Source: Trichomonas gallinae | Taxonomy: Eukaryota | Length of the DNA stretch: 40,528 nt | Direction: 5' to 3' | Assembly: GCA_008369845.1 (NCBI GenBank) | Contig: MRSU01006691.1 | Location: forward strand, 1-40,528 | Shown: positions 40,450 to 40,528 of the stretch, in pieces | Numbering within the stretch: the stretch's first letter is position 1 | Layout of the letters: each line of letters begins with the position of its first letter | Translations under genes and position numbers: made by a program | The notes under the pieces: model-generated | Told to the model about the DNA's origin: nothing | Databases searched by the model: none | Seen by the model: only the letters and a program-made list of their open reading frames with translations

Positions 40450-40527
40450 TCATCTATTTTTGTCTTTGAGTTGCTTGTCGACTTCCGAGATTTTGCTTTT
40501 AAGAATTTCGATGTATTCTTTCTTCTC
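40450..40527 (-). CDS. Probable 3' end of a gene extending beyond the window
   Basis: The minus strand reads EKKEYIEILKSKISEVDKQLKDKNR*, with coding-like composition. Confidence 0.45.
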   Translation of the reverse strand, partial: EKKEYIEILKSKISEVDKQLKDKNR

Positions 40528-40528
40528 T

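Overview
This is AT-rich, apparently intronless eukaryotic DNA in the standard genetic code, and it looks like a trichomonad (Parabasalia, Trichomonas-like). The evidence is a BspA-type TpLRR surface protein, ankyrin-repeat genes, two Rab GTPases, giant coiled-coil proteins, TCAYT initiator-like elements before start codons, and several stop codons overlapping TAAA. About 15 protein genes are present. There are also two ankyrin relics and a fragmented bacterial-type reprolysin/M12B-like zinc metallopeptidase pseudogene. I saw no tRNA, rRNA, CRISPR array or transposase. The most unusual signal is non-coding: four intergenic clusters (about 16.1-16.6, 19.45-19.6, 27.6-27.8 and 35.64-35.80 kb) of one co-oriented 11-bp motif, TTTAYDTGDCA. 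In the 35.7 kb cluster the copies are spaced at a strict 20-21 bp, and they lie between convergent genes. Other notable items are a Ste24/M48-like membrane protein lacking HEXXH, a mosaic junction in the metallopeptidase relic, a +1 frameshift splitting a ~1900-aa gene, and a TAA interrupting a repeat tail. All family assignments come from motif recognition by eye; no database search was run.
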